DNA from: Candidatus Heimdallarchaeota archaeon
Lineage (GTDB): Archaea > Asgardarchaeota > Heimdallarchaeia > Heimdallarchaeales > Heimdallarchaeaceae
Reading direction: 5' to 3'
Length of the DNA stretch: 64,000 nt
Assembly (NCBI GenBank): GCA_016840095.1
Contig: JAEOSZ010000040.1
Location: forward strand, 32,001-96,000
A program made the translations under genes and the position numbers. Below the pieces are notes generated by a model that was not told where the DNA came from, did not search any database, and saw nothing but the letters and a program-made list of their open reading frames with translations. Shown here piece by piece: positions 63,501-64,000 of the stretch (positions are counted from its first letter, which is position 1; every line of letters begins with the position of its first letter).

Positions 63501-64000
63501 AGGAGTTACCTTCTATGATAAGAATTTTCAAACACCAACTGTTATTGTGGATGATCCATACCGACAAGGGTACTATCCTTTTGCCATAAATCCTAACAAT
63601 ACAGAAGAAATATGGTTAGGGACATGGGGTAGAGGGATGTTTAAATCCTATGATGGAATGGATTTCAATACTCATTCTTTTGGAGCTGGATTTACAATGC
63701 TAGACAAGCACATCTACAAAATTGTTATTGATCCATATGTGCCTAAAACGGTTTATGCAGCTACAGAGGAAGGTGTTTATAGATCATCAGATGATGGAGC
63801 TACTTGGAGTAATTTTAGTGTTGGGTTGGATAATTTTCAAGTAAGAACTATAGCTATTACAGCAGATGGAACATTGATCTGTGGTACATTGGGGTATGAA
63901 CTTTATTCATACAATACTTCTGCAAGTAAATGGGAACAGATGGAAAATTTCAATGGCTTTGGTTTGACTTGGCCAATTTGGAATGATAGACCACTGTATC
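60562..64000 (+). CDS. Large secreted Asp-box/BNR beta-propeller protein (VPS10/GH74-like), 3'-truncated
   Basis: Hand translation from TTG 60562: MKRIKFYVKLCVPFLVFLITIPTSVNA...WIQTNGPYGG...FKSIDSGVSW, with repeated S/T-x-D/N-G-G-x-x-W boxes. Appears open to the window end (>1100 aa). Confidence 0.85.
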   Translation, partial: MKRIKFYVKLCVPFLVFLITIPTSVNALYNDFRLMNLNALPDSDDWIQTNGPYGGIIHTIEVDPVQPNVLFAGGAGGIFKSIDSGVSWSNQPRFLEGNKRVEKIIISPDNSNILFAIAESPIAGMSGEVFRSLDGGLNWTKIDQSKSFKSLALHDNNPTDIISCTQAREVLFSDSRGSSWGDITGDLPISEFGFTDVAISYENTYWVGTKNETYGNGNLYLTTDGGISWNSIDIGQPPDTSVRSILVHPEDNETIYVSLEKAYDKIQNPAESYLFKTENGGQSWAKLFPPYNGRILGIDPGSSYDTIYLGYGNLVYKTKNDGINWTRIDPMLTPGINTGDIRDIAIDPTDGNIIYLPISSHGYFKSTNEGSSWTRITQGLLNTGIVLMAVPNVAGSDTVYVTGWDGEGTFRTDDGGETWIRLDGGGIDHSFPDEIKVNPLDPSVVWEISDLGGLFLSTNYGTNWTQQFNAHKYDGFRFGSVQALSPAPSNSSIIYAVKSGYGIFKSTDAGKDWDFLRHSEVDYSYTLAVHPTDPNTVYSGYNSKPFQDWAMIRKTVNGGDSWTTVLNVTSSKGITSIVIDDDNPDIIYAASISELGGEIYKSINAGSSWIKLNDNFTMFTVMGQPQLVVDPSNPFIAYTGSWLAGTWKTYDGGENWELLHDAPMSATALSLDSQDSSIIYLADRSTPTLWRSTDGGTVWNEIADFSSEGAFLVNTVIANDSTIYCSTFGPSELTGKLFKSTNNGVSWTDITGILPRSVLDIAVDPNNQDNVYVTTHLFGAYRSFNGGTDWELIHDFPDIGTFDIEIDPVDPSILYSCGLGNLTIPTWVTPGGHDITGDPGVYKSTNSGQNWTQVLSTEHKVRGIRIHPANHDVLYAAVHDEGLYMSNNGGSSWSPYNTNLDSTVLTSLAVHEEIIYVGTQGYGVYSGDIILADYSVTWQAVRSNKPIPPVYSIDLLIDPEDSNRIYVSSNPGGLYRTDDGGVTFYDKNFQTPTVIVDDPYRQGYYPFAINPNNTEEIWLGTWGRGMFKSYDGMDFNTHSFGAGFTMLDKHIYKIVIDPYVPKTVYAATEEGVYRSSDDGATWSNFSVGLDNFQVRTIAITADGTLICGTLGYELYSYNTSASKWEQMENFNGFGLTWPIWNDRPLY

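Noticed and set aside
1-64000. CRISPR arrays, tRNA and rRNA genes
   Set aside because: Intergenic gaps are short and AT-rich. No regularly spaced repeats or GC-rich structured RNA-like segments were seen by eye; tRNAscan-SE/Infernal would be needed to exclude them formally.

Overview
AT-rich, densely coding 64-kb archaeal segment. It looks like an Asgard archaeon, probably Heimdallarchaeia: it carries two Rab-like small GTPases, a TPR-longin protein, four RING-type proteins, many Zn-ribbon proteins and NosD-type surface proteins with TM+basic C-terminal tails. No rRNA, tRNA, CRISPR array, transposase or integrase was recognised. Main blocks: (1) 6.2-9.9 kb, a tandem array of three membrane-anchored proteins sharing a conserved Zn-ribbon + C4H2C2 RING tail that resembles the GATOR2 (MIOS-type) C-terminal module; (2) 11.7-15.1 kb, surface-glycan genes; (3) 18.6-26.8 kb, a glycogen cluster (two GH57, glgA, GalT-like nucleotidyltransferase, a catalytically degenerate PGM/PMM, no glgC), interrupted by an M23-like peptidase cassette flanked by a 49-bp direct repeat of the branching-enzyme 3' end; (4) 28.3-35.4 kb, extracytoplasmic thiol-redox genes (TlpA x3, CcdA) mixed with Zn-finger/RING genes; (5) 38-47.4 kb, H+-PPase, MFS transporter, GTPase pair, Ca2+-type P-ATPase; (6) 47.5-56.6 kb, an anaerobic purine-catabolism-like cluster (MocA, Mo-hydroxylase, carbamate kinase, YgeW-like plus a second divergent transcarbamylase, cyclic amidohydrolase). 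Five ORFs absent from the supplied track were read by hand (two partial edge genes, three small ORFs). All assignments come from motif recognition only; no searches were run.
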